From the IMG/VR virus record IMGVR_UViG_3300034110_001238: a DNA stretch of 22,466 nucleotides, one strand, 5' to 3'. The notes beneath the pieces were generated by a model. The model was not told the DNA's origin and searched no databases. It saw only the letters and a list, made by a program, of their open reading frames with translations. The stretch's first letter is position 1. Every line of letters starts with the position of its first letter. The position numbers were made by a program, and so were the translations under genes. Of this stretch, positions 9,919 to 17,307 are shown in pieces. Source of the DNA: an uncultured virus (IMG/VR IMGVR_UViG_3300034110_001238). Taxonomy: Duplodnaviria; Heunggongvirae; Uroviricota; Caudoviricetes.

Positions 9919-9984
9919 ATAATACCAGAAGAATAAGATAAATCAATAATACAAAATTGACTTTTTTCTATGGTGTTGTATAAT
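9919..9984. promoter_or_regulatory. Back-to-back divergent sigma70-like promoters
   Basis: Minus: TTGATT(9946-9941)-16bp-TATTAT with TG extension. Plus: TTGACT(9957-9962)-16bp-TATAAT(9979-9984). Confidence 0.6.
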
Positions 9985-10008
9985 TTTGCAAGATTAAGGA
10001 GATCTCCT

Positions 10009-10386
10009 ATGAAAATTAAAACAGTTAAACCTATTCCAAAAGAAACAATCGATAAAATTTTTGATGAGTCTGTATCCTTGAAAGAATATTTGAATACATT
10101 GCCTTTAATTGAGTCAAGAATTAACTACATTGCTGCCTATATTGGTAGTGTAATTGGATATGAAGTCAATTATATTACACTGAGTAATGGAGACAGAGAG
10201 TTCTTTGGTTTCTTCAATCCAAGAGAATATAACAATTTAATAGAAATCAACGTCTTTAAGGAAAGAGGTGGTGAGGATGATGTATATCTTTACGAAGATG
10301 GCTTTCCAACTCGTTTTTTACATGAAGAATTTGAATCAGAAGTTAAAGCTGAATATAAAAAATACATGGAACAATTTCCAGACTAA
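10009..10386 (+). CDS. Hypothetical protein (125 aa; start revised from 9970)
   Basis: ATG 10009 follows AAGGAG SD; the 9970 ATG lies inside the promoter spacer. Confidence 0.8.
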   Translation: MKIKTVKPIPKETIDKIFDESVSLKEYLNTLPLIESRINYIAAYIGSVIGYEVNYITLSNGDREFFGFFNPREYNNLIEINVFKERGGEDDVYLYEDGFPTRFLHEEFESEVKAEYKKYMEQFPD

Positions 10387-10398
10387 TGTATAGTCTGG

Positions 10399-10614
10399 TT
10401 ATTTCTTAATATTTAATTTTTTTAAATAACGCTTAAATGTTTTTGTATTTTTTACTTTCTCATAAACGACCCAAACAACGTAAAGAGTAAAGAATACAAA
10501 AATCCATCCTGAAATATCCATATTAGTAATTGAAACCAACATGGCTGAAAATAATACAAAACTATGGAATGCGATAGTAATCCAATCTGCGTGCTTTTTA
10601 ATAAATGAAATCAT
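10399..10614 (-). CDS. Small membrane protein (71 aa, 2 predicted TM helices, basic C-tail)
   Basis: Hydrophobic segments WITIAFHSFVLFSAMLVSI and ISGWIFVFFTLYVVWVVY; upstream TTGATC-16bp-TATATT. Confidence 0.7.
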   Translation of the reverse strand: MISFIKKHADWITIAFHSFVLFSAMLVSITNMDISGWIFVFFTLYVVWVVYEKVKNTKTFKRYLKKLNIKK

Positions 10615-10707
10615 GGTTTAAATTAATTGTTTTCTTCAATATAGCGAATATTTTCAATAGATCAATATCAAAACAAAAATGCAAATAATTATCTTTTTCA
10701 TTGGCAA

Positions 10708-10736
10708 TTGAATACTTTAATATTTCATGATAATAT
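10708..10736 (+). promoter_or_regulatory. Sigma70-like promoter
   Basis: TTGAAT-17bp-TAATAT with TGn extension. Confidence 0.5.
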
Positions 10737-10756
10737 GAGGTTAAAATGGAGGAATT

Positions 10757-11149
10757 ATGGAATTTCTAGACAAAGCACTATTTGAAAAAGACTTAGAATC
10801 CATAGCACTTTGGCTTAATGTTGAAAGTGTGAGCCATGTTGACGTAAAAATAAAGAAAATCAGTATCAGTTTGTTTGAAAAACAAATCAATGAAATGGAA
10901 GATTCCTATAAAGAATTTCCGCTTGAAAAAAAACGTACCCAAAAAATCTTTGATAAACTCAACAATGGCGAAATGCCTCAACCTATCTATGTAGGTAAAG
11001 ATGATCCTGATAACTTCATCATGGAAGGTCGTCATCGTATTGTCGCCTTTAAATGGTTTGGCCTCAATGAAATCATAGTAGCCGAAGTATCAGAACTAAA
11101 ACCAGAACTCAAATTAGAAGCTAAACCACACAAAAAATTTAAACCTTAA
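10757..11149 (+). CDS. ParB/Sulfiredoxin-like N-terminal domain protein (stand-alone, 130 aa)
   Basis: PQPIYV...FIMEGRHRIVA matches the ParB/Srx PI.V...I.dG.HR..A motif; GGAGG SD. Confidence 0.75.
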   Translation: MEFLDKALFEKDLESIALWLNVESVSHVDVKIKKISISLFEKQINEMEDSYKEFPLEKKRTQKIFDKLNNGEMPQPIYVGKDDPDNFIMEGRHRIVAFKWFGLNEIIVAEVSELKPELKLEAKPHKKFKP

Positions 11150-11154
11150 ATATC

Positions 11155-11183
11155 TTGATAACATGAGTGTTATTGTGTATAAT
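11155..11183 (+). promoter_or_regulatory. Sigma70-like promoter
   Basis: TTGATA-17bp-TATAAT. Confidence 0.7.
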
Positions 11184-11208
11184 ACGACCTTAATTTAAGG
11201 ATTTAATA

Positions 11209-11865
11209 ATGATTACCGAACTAGACGACATTCCTTTGGATAAACTATTAGACACCATTATTTCTCTTCAAAAAGCCATCAATGTGACGGTGACTCGTGA
11301 CCAAATTTCATTTACTGAAAAACATAATGAAACCTTTTATTACCGAATCAATGGTAAATCACAAGGTAGAGTGACTGTCAAAAGTCATTGTAAATCCAAA
11401 ACTACAGAATCAGGATTTGAAACTGAGATTCAGTTTTCTGCTGATGATATTTATGGAAATTTCTTGCTGTTTCCTAAAATTAATAAAACTCTTTATTGGT
11501 ATATGGATGATAACTTAAATCTAAAATATCAATTTACTGTTATTCAAGATAAAAGAAGTGAAAATGACCCCTATGCTTATTGCATTCAAATTGTAGGCTA
11601 TTTAGATAAATATAACAATTTAGAAAAAATCACTTACATGTATTATGGGCACACTCAAGAAAATCAAAAAGTCATCGAAAAAACAGGTCAACAACTTTTA
11701 TCAATAGAAGATGAAAACTTGTTAGCCCGATACAGCTACCATCAGTTTAAACATCCAGAATCATTCAGGGAAATGTTCGATGATCTCGAAGGGCCAATGC
11801 TCAATCCATTAACAAACGATGAAATTGAAAAAAGATTGACTATTTTAGAAGCATTAAAATATTAA
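11209..11865 (+). CDS. Hypothetical protein (218 aa), probable distant paralog of 11883..12524
   Basis: AAGGA SD; shares blocks with the next ORF; ends EKRLTILEALKY. Confidence 0.85.
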   Translation: MITELDDIPLDKLLDTIISLQKAINVTVTRDQISFTEKHNETFYYRINGKSQGRVTVKSHCKSKTTESGFETEIQFSADDIYGNFLLFPKINKTLYWYMDDNLNLKYQFTVIQDKRSENDPYAYCIQIVGYLDKYNNLEKITYMYYGHTQENQKVIEKTGQQLLSIEDENLLARYSYHQFKHPESFREMFDDLEGPMLNPLTNDEIEKRLTILEALKY

Positions 11866-11882
11866 GAATTTGGAGACTACGA

Positions 11883-12524
11883 ATGATTACAATTGATTTT
11901 AAAAATACAGGAAACGTGCTTTCAAGGCAGAAAGCTGTTTCTTTGTTTGAATATGCCAACAACGCGACGAAAATGATTAAAACTGGTCACATTGTCATTG
12001 GTAGACAATCATCAGGTATTTTTCATATTCAATGTGATGGTAAAACTGTAGGCAGAATCCAAATTACAAAAAATGGGAATAAAATAAAAAACTACATCAC
12101 TACACTTGTATTAAAAAGCGGTGTAGGTTATTTAAGAATGCCACACACCTATACAATGCGTTCTAAATCATCGAAAGATTTGTCCCCGATGTATGAAGAA
12201 TGGACCTATCACACAATAGAAAACTCTGCTGATTTGGATATCAGCTATAAAATTATTCAAGATGAAGGTTGCGTTCATTCTTATGATATTGACGTTTTAA
12301 ATTATGGCGAAGAGCTTAAAATAATAAATCTTAATGCACGACTGCAGCGTAAAGAACATGAAGCTAATCAAGCATTATACTTTAATCGTTTAGCATTAAG
12401 TTATATAGCCTTTACACAACAAGATTTCTTTATTGACTTATTTGGGACAAATGACTTTATTGAGGCTTTAAACAGTCCTCATTATCAATCTAATCTCGAT
12501 GTTATCAACATGTGTGAGATTTGA
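11883..12524 (+). CDS. Hypothetical protein (213 aa), probable distant paralog of 11209..11865
   Basis: GGAG SD; ends QSNLDVINMCEI. Confidence 0.85.
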   Translation: MITIDFKNTGNVLSRQKAVSLFEYANNATKMIKTGHIVIGRQSSGIFHIQCDGKTVGRIQITKNGNKIKNYITTLVLKSGVGYLRMPHTYTMRSKSSKDLSPMYEEWTYHTIENSADLDISYKIIQDEGCVHSYDIDVLNYGEELKIINLNARLQRKEHEANQALYFNRLALSYIAFTQQDFFIDLFGTNDFIEALNSPHYQSNLDVINMCEI

Positions 12525-12582
12525 CTATGTGCATTCAAAAATTATGTTCTAATCCTAGAAATGGCTAATCTATGAGAATATT

Positions 12583-13017
12583 TTAATCATCTATTGAATA
12601 AGAAAGTTTGTTATTTGCTATCACAATTTTCTCACAAACTGTATCATCTGAATCACCACTCTTTCTAATCGGTTCATAATTATAATTAGACACATTTCCA
12701 AATGTATAGTCAACAAATGATTTATTGTTATCAGTCCCATCAAAAAATAATATATAATTTGAGTTTTGATAATAATTATAATAAGTAAAATCTTTTGAAG
12801 CATTAATTAATTCACTTTCTAATTGAGCGAAAGCATCAAGTTGATTATTGATATCATTATGTGATTGTTCATAACGTATTTTTGCTGCATCAATAAACTT
12901 TTTGATGTCTTCATATTTTTCAACTTTTTCGACAATGACTGTTAACTCAGCAGTTGTCCCAACCCAACCACCCTCAGTCAAAAGCTCATTCAGCTTAATA
13001 ATACTCTCTTTATTCAT
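12583..13017 (-). CDS. Hypothetical protein (144 aa; start revised from 13086)
   Basis: ATG at 13017 (MNKESII) follows AGGAG SD at 13026-13030; promoter TTGACT-16bp-TAATAT at 13082-13055. Confidence 0.8.
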   Translation of the reverse strand: MNKESIIKLNELLTEGGWVGTTAELTVIVEKVEKYEDIKKFIDAAKIRYEQSHNDINNQLDAFAQLESELINASKDFTYYNYYQNSNYILFFDGTDNNKSFVDYTFGNVSNYNYEPIRKSGDSDDTVCEKIVIANNKLSYSIDD

Positions 13018-13108
13018 AAAATAAACTCCTAATAGAAAACCGATCTTCAACAATATATTAATTGAAAAACACTTTAAGTCAAGCAAAAAAGACCATCGAA
13101 GATCTCTT

Positions 13109-14545
13109 TTAAGCTTTGAAGGTTAAGATAGGACTAAATTTAGCAATAACTGAAACAGTCTTTTCATCCACTTGTGATTGAATGACTGGGCCAATCTCTT
13201 TGTAAGCTCCCGGTGCTTCTTCAATCAAACGTTCTTCTTTCAATGTAATACATTCAACACGGTCCAAACCCAGTATGCTTTTGTCTTTTTTAGCTTTATA
13301 TGAAATCTCATTTCTGGAAATACTTCTCCCAGCCCCGTGGCTAGCTGAATTAATCCAGCTTTCATTACCTAATCCACTCAACATATAGCTGTCATGTCCC
13401 ATACTCCCCGGAATTAAAAGATCTTGTCCTGCATGGGCGGGTGTTGCTCCTTTTCTGTGAACATTACCGATATCTTCTTTTAAAACAATATTATGTGGAA
13501 CGTCAACCAACAAGGAACAATCTACATTGCCAAATACTTCCATTGTGCGTTGTCTTACGAGTTCTGCAATCAAAGCTCTATTTAAGGTCGCATAATGAGA
13601 CGCACTATGCATTGCAGCCATATAATCATCAACACCTTCACCATAGATAGGGAATATCTTGCTGTCTGGATGTTTATGTCCAGTAGGCCATTTTTGTTTA
13701 GCTTTATCCGCCCAACGAGTACCTACATAGAAACCTACATCGCGTGAACCTGTGTGAATCATTACCACCAGTTGACCAACTTTGATACCATACTCATACG
13801 CTTTCTGTCTATCAGTGATTTCAGTCACTACCTGCAACTCACAAAAATGATTGCCACCGCCTAATGTTCCCATTGAAGGATCTCTAATAAGATCTCTACT
13901 CATGTTTTGTAAAGCTTCTGGGGCAAAGCTTGAATTTCCTTTTTCAAAAGATGATGAATGTAACTTGTAGATTTCTTTTTCAATTTGTTGATAATCTATT
14001 TTCTGAAAAATACCTTCTTGCTTACTGTTTCTCATCGTTTCAAAAAAATCACCAACACCATTATCAAATAATGCTTTCATAGCATAAGGTGTCACTGGAA
14101 TGTTTCTTGTACCTTCCAACAAGTCGCCTTTAAGTTTTTTCACCCATTGTTCTTTATTTGCCATGAACTTGTCATAGGTTAAGTCAAGTTTGTGCAATCT
14201 CATACCACAATTGATATCTGTACCGATAGCTTGTGGAATCACCATGTCGTGACTGGTCACTACGACACTGCCTACTGGAATCGTGCTACCTGTGTGGAAG
14301 TCGGGTGTTGCACAAGAACATTTCACATGTCCACCGTCTGGATGTTGAATTTTTGCAAAATCCATAAGCTGATGAATAGCCTTCTCTTCAATAGGGAATG
14401 TGTCTGGCATTAATATTTTTGATTCTAAGCCTACGTCATTGGTAGATTTAACACTTAACACGTTAGGACTTTCACGATCAATCAATAAACCACTTTTTTG
14501 TAGTTTTTGTTGAATACGTTTAAACGGAATTTGTTTGTTTTTCAT
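13109..14545 (-). CDS. rtcB: RtcB family RNA 3'-phosphate/2',3'-cyclic phosphate-5'-OH ligase (478 aa; start revised from TTG 14614)
   Basis: All hallmark motifs present: PDFHTG..IPVG, GTDINCGMR, GTLGGGNHFCE, HTGSR, PHN, HRKGAT, PGSMG, SASHGAGR (guanylylated His), EEAPGAYK; GAGG SD 8 nt before ATG 14545. Confidence 0.96.
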   Translation of the reverse strand: MKNKQIPFKRIQQKLQKSGLLIDRESPNVLSVKSTNDVGLESKILMPDTFPIEEKAIHQLMDFAKIQHPDGGHVKCSCATPDFHTGSTIPVGSVVVTSHDMVIPQAIGTDINCGMRLHKLDLTYDKFMANKEQWVKKLKGDLLEGTRNIPVTPYAMKALFDNGVGDFFETMRNSKQEGIFQKIDYQQIEKEIYKLHSSSFEKGNSSFAPEALQNMSRDLIRDPSMGTLGGGNHFCELQVVTEITDRQKAYEYGIKVGQLVVMIHTGSRDVGFYVGTRWADKAKQKWPTGHKHPDSKIFPIYGEGVDDYMAAMHSASHYATLNRALIAELVRQRTMEVFGNVDCSLLVDVPHNIVLKEDIGNVHRKGATPAHAGQDLLIPGSMGHDSYMLSGLGNESWINSASHGAGRSISRNEISYKAKKDKSILGLDRVECITLKEERLIEEAPGAYKEIGPVIQSQVDEKTVSVIAKFSPILTFKA

Positions 14546-14546
14546 G

Positions 14547-14629
14547 ATACTGGCCTCTGATTTTTTAGATAAAGTATTACCTCGGAAATATTCCGATAAA
14601 ATTATCACACTCAATCAGCAGCCAGCTAT
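14547..14629 (-). promoter_or_regulatory. Structured 5' UTR of rtcB sequestering the SD (candidate cis-regulatory RNA)
   Basis: Nested helices: CUGGCU-G-CUGAUU with AAUCAG-A-GGCCAG, GAUAA/UUAUC, and apical UCGGAA-UAU-UUCCGA. Confidence 0.6.
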
Positions 14630-14645
14630 TAGAATGGATATGTAT

Positions 14646-14674
14646 ATACTAGCATTATTTAAAAGACAAGTCAA
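14646..14674 (-). promoter_or_regulatory. Sigma70-like promoter of rtcB
   Basis: TTGACT-17bp-TAGTAT with TGn extension; predicted TSS near 14639. Confidence 0.7.
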
Positions 14675-14705
14675 TAAAAAAAACAATCTACTTAATAAAT
14701 ATTCT

Positions 14706-14734
14706 TTGACATTTTAAGCCAAAAAGTGTAATAT
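14706..14734 (+). promoter_or_regulatory. Sigma70-like promoter divergent from rtcB
   Basis: TTGACA-17bp-TAATAT. Confidence 0.65.
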
Positions 14735-14762
14735 TGTGCAATCTAAAATAAGGGGACTTTTA

Positions 14763-16181
14763 ATGAAAGATATCTTTAATTCGCTCTATGGAAACAATGG
14801 CTGCACTGTTATCAAGATGGCCCAACCTGTCAACAAGAAGACACCAAAATCCATTCAAGATTTAGGCTTTGTGTATTATGAGAAAGATAAAACAAAAACC
14901 TACAATGCTGCTATTAAGTCTTTAAAAGATATGTCGGCTATTGATTACGAATATTCTCGATTAGGTATTTATTGTGCGGTTGATCATATGCTTGAATCTT
15001 TAGGTGATTTGAAGATGGGTTTCGGTCAGCTTGTCGATTTCAAAACAACAACTGATGTTTTTGTTGGTCTTTTTGCCACAATGGAAGAATATTTTGAAGA
15101 AATGAGTCAAGTTAAACCTAAAAAGATCAATAAAAAATTGGTTAAAGCTGAACTTGAAGCTGCAACGTCGTTTGTTGAAGGTGTCTTGTTTTTGAAAAAA
15201 GTAGCTGAAAAAGATAATTCGCTTATGCCATTGATTTCTAAATATGAACAGATTCAGCAAGCAGTCTTGGATCAAGTGAATAGTCATCAAAAAGCTCTAA
15301 AAGAAGCCAAGCCAGAATATGTGGTCATTAAAAATGAAACTATATTCAAAAATGCACAAGTTGAGCTTGATATTTCAATGAAATTCAAATATGACACAAT
15401 TACATTTGAAAACTTTAATAGAATCATGTTGGAAGTTGGTGGAAAGAGAGAATATTGGCATGCCATGCAAGATCAAGCAAAATGGGATGAATTGTATAAA
15501 GACAACAGTAGACAAGCACTCAGTAAAGATACACTAAAAGAATTTCGAGTGTTATTGCCAATTGTGTTTGAACAGTATCAAACATTACATCATTTATCAT
15601 TTACGAATATGTTTAAAGTGCTGTTAGTAACTTCAACCTATTACGCCAGTAGAATGGGGGCATTTAATGAGAGACTACCTAAGAATGAAACAGAATACAA
15701 TGAACATGAAATTGAGCGTAAAAAAGAAATTGAACGCAATAAAAAAGAATATATTCATAAGCAACCACCAAAGCTTACACAAAAACCAGAGATTACATTA
15801 GAGAACTTAGAGTTTGCCAGTCAGATATTGTCAGCCTCCATGTCAGTGAGTAGCTTGATTGATGAAGTCTGTGGTTTTACAGATGGTAATCAAGTTTGTT
15901 TAAGTTTAGAAAATTTTAATGATACTTATAACATTGTTAAACTAAGTAATTCAGATCTGGCTATTTTGTTAACAAAGGGTCAAGATCGTATTCATGGTGA
16001 TTTGGTTGACATGCTTGATTTAGAAACCAGTGATATTAGCGTATCCATTGGTAAAAAATCAAAAGGTACATCATTTGTTGGGATGACGAATTTCTTGCGA
16101 GAAATTAAAGAACCATTTGTTCAAGAGTATTTCTTTGGTAAACAAAACGCTGTATTAAGTTTTGTGGATAAAAGAAATTAA
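14763..16181 (+). CDS. Hypothetical protein (472 aa; start revised from GTG 14736)
   Basis: ATG 14763 follows AGGGG SD; the GTG at 14736 lies upstream of the predicted TSS. Confidence 0.85.
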   Translation: MKDIFNSLYGNNGCTVIKMAQPVNKKTPKSIQDLGFVYYEKDKTKTYNAAIKSLKDMSAIDYEYSRLGIYCAVDHMLESLGDLKMGFGQLVDFKTTTDVFVGLFATMEEYFEEMSQVKPKKINKKLVKAELEAATSFVEGVLFLKKVAEKDNSLMPLISKYEQIQQAVLDQVNSHQKALKEAKPEYVVIKNETIFKNAQVELDISMKFKYDTITFENFNRIMLEVGGKREYWHAMQDQAKWDELYKDNSRQALSKDTLKEFRVLLPIVFEQYQTLHHLSFTNMFKVLLVTSTYYASRMGAFNERLPKNETEYNEHEIERKKEIERNKKEYIHKQPPKLTQKPEITLENLEFASQILSASMSVSSLIDEVCGFTDGNQVCLSLENFNDTYNIVKLSNSDLAILLTKGQDRIHGDLVDMLDLETSDISVSIGKKSKGTSFVGMTNFLREIKEPFVQEYFFGKQNAVLSFVDKRN

Positions 16182-16194
16182 AAAATGAAGGTAT

Positions 16195-16225
16195 AAAAAA
16201 ATGTGCTTCTAGGAGCACATTTTTT
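16195..16225. terminator. Bidirectional intrinsic terminator
   Basis: AAAAAAATGTGCTT-CTAG-GAGCACATTTTTT between convergent genes. Confidence 0.8.
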
Positions 16226-16236
16226 ATGACTATAAT

Positions 16237-16461
16237 TTAATAAAATCCTCGAAAAGTCCTATCATTGTCGTCATTATTAGACTTTGGTTTTGGTGTGGCT
16301 ATATTATCGCTTGGTTCCGTTTTTGAACTGGATGGTGTTGTTCTCGATACAGTCTTTGATTTTTTGCTTTCTTCTTTCTTATGACTTGAAGAACTTGATG
16401 ATGTTTTAGCTTTTTCTATTTTTGGCGTATTCAAATAGCCATAATCGTCGCAATCACTCAT
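16237..16461 (-). CDS. Small low-complexity Ser/Lys-rich protein (74 aa), probably disordered
   Basis: ATG 16461 (MSDCDDYGY) 7 nt after GAGAGG SD; ends at the bidirectional terminator. Confidence 0.65.
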   Translation of the reverse strand: MSDCDDYGYLNTPKIEKAKTSSSSSSHKKEESKKSKTVSRTTPSSSKTEPSDNIATPKPKSNNDDNDRTFRGFY

Positions 16462-16509
16462 AATCACACCTCTCTTATTTAATGTAGATACATTTTAATT
16501 ATTAACAGT

Positions 16510-16986
16510 TTATTTTATTTCAATTGTTTTGAAGTAGTCAGCTAAATCACATGAACCAGATTCATAAACAAAACCTCTACCAACAAGATCTTTAAAGACA
16601 TCAAGAGCAAATATTTTCTCATCTTCATCTAATTGAATTGCAAATGTATTTTCAGCAATCTCAGCAAGATAATAAGGCGTAAAATGATTAACCAAGTATT
16701 GCATGTGAGCTTCAGCATTATGAAGCTCATCAGAAATGAAAACGCCAAACCCCGGTTGGTCAGAATCATCATCGTCTAATTCTGTATCTGTAAACTTTAT
16801 TTTTGCAAACTCCTGTGCTGTCATCCCATTTTTATCGGCTAAGAAATAAAATCCGATATAGTTGGGGACAGCTTCAAATCCCGCAGCATTTGGATTGACA
16901 TCAAGATCTTTAAACAAGTAGTCATCAACAATTTATCGTGCCAGTTTAAGATCAGATTCTTTAAATTTTAACATTTTAACTTTTAT
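16510..16986 (-). pseudogene. Acidic hypothetical protein gene with an in-frame stop near its 5' end (track ORF 16510..16917 is its 3' part)
   Basis: Frame reads ATA-AAA-GTT-AAA-ATG...MLKFKESDLKLAR*IVDDYLFKDLDVNP, with TAA at 16935-16933; SD GAGGA sits 6 nt from the ATA; the track TTG start lacks an SD. Confidence 0.6.
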
Positions 16987-17010
16987 ATAAAATCCTCACA
17001 TTATGGCTTA

Positions 17011-17039
17011 ATTTTAACATTTATTAACAAAGTTGTCAA
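17011..17039 (-). promoter_or_regulatory. Sigma70-like promoter for the 16986/16461 unit
   Basis: TTGACA-17bp-TAAAAT with TGn extension. Confidence 0.7.
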
Positions 17040-17084
17040 TTTGTTTAACATCTACTATATTTTCAAGCCATCAGATTATTTAAC

Positions 17085-17114
17085 TTGACTTCTTAATAAA
17101 CAAAGAGCTATAAT
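17085..17114 (+). promoter_or_regulatory. Sigma70-like promoter of the leader-aspS transcript
   Basis: TTGACT-18bp-TATAAT. Confidence 0.7.
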
Positions 17115-17137
17115 AGAAGAATATAGAGGATTATTTT

Positions 17138-17209
17138 ATGACTATTCGTTTTATCGCTGACAATAATGATAATTTTGCACAATTGAGTGTCGGATTATCT
17201 GTGGCGTAA
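17138..17209 (+). CDS. Asp/Asn-rich attenuator leader peptide (23 aa, MTIRFIADNNDNFAQLSVGLSVA)
   Basis: GAGGA SD (17126-17130) 7 nt before the ATG; control codons GAC AAT AAT GAT AAT at 17159-17173; directly upstream of a terminator and aspS. Confidence 0.85.
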   Translation: MTIRFIADNNDNFAQLSVGLSVA

Positions 17210-17227
17210 AAAAGTCGAAGATAACAC

Positions 17228-17255
17228 AAAGGCACTCACAAGAGTGCCTTTTTTT
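17228..17255 (+). terminator. Attenuator terminator (3:4 helix) upstream of aspS
   Basis: AAAGGCACTC-ACAA-GAGTGCCTTT plus a T7 run; its 5' arm GGCACTCA can alternatively pair with leader TGAGTGTC (17184-17191). Confidence 0.85.
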
Positions 17256-17307
17256 GTGCCCTAATTTTAACAATGCTTAGCCCTAACTTAACTAACGGAG
17301 ATTCATC

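Noticed and set aside
10399..10614. Holin
   Set aside because: Two TM helices and a basic tail fit, but no endolysin or spanin is recognisable nearby; it cannot be supported.
13085..13110. Terminator after rtcB
   Set aside because: A T run is present on the minus strand, but the stem is imperfect and weak; not listed as a feature.
16933..16935. Genome-wide stop-codon reassignment suggested by the in-frame stop
   Set aside because: The stop is TAA, the commonest terminator here; TGA and TAG also end genes normally, and coding density is high under code 11.
17120..17255. T-box riboswitch upstream of aspS
   Set aside because: No T-box consensus (AAnnnGGGTGGnACC) and no room for Stem I; a translated leader explains the region better.
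17258..17286. Direct repeat GCCCTAA x2 between the attenuator and aspS
   Set aside because: Only 7 bp in two copies; could be chance and has no assignable role.
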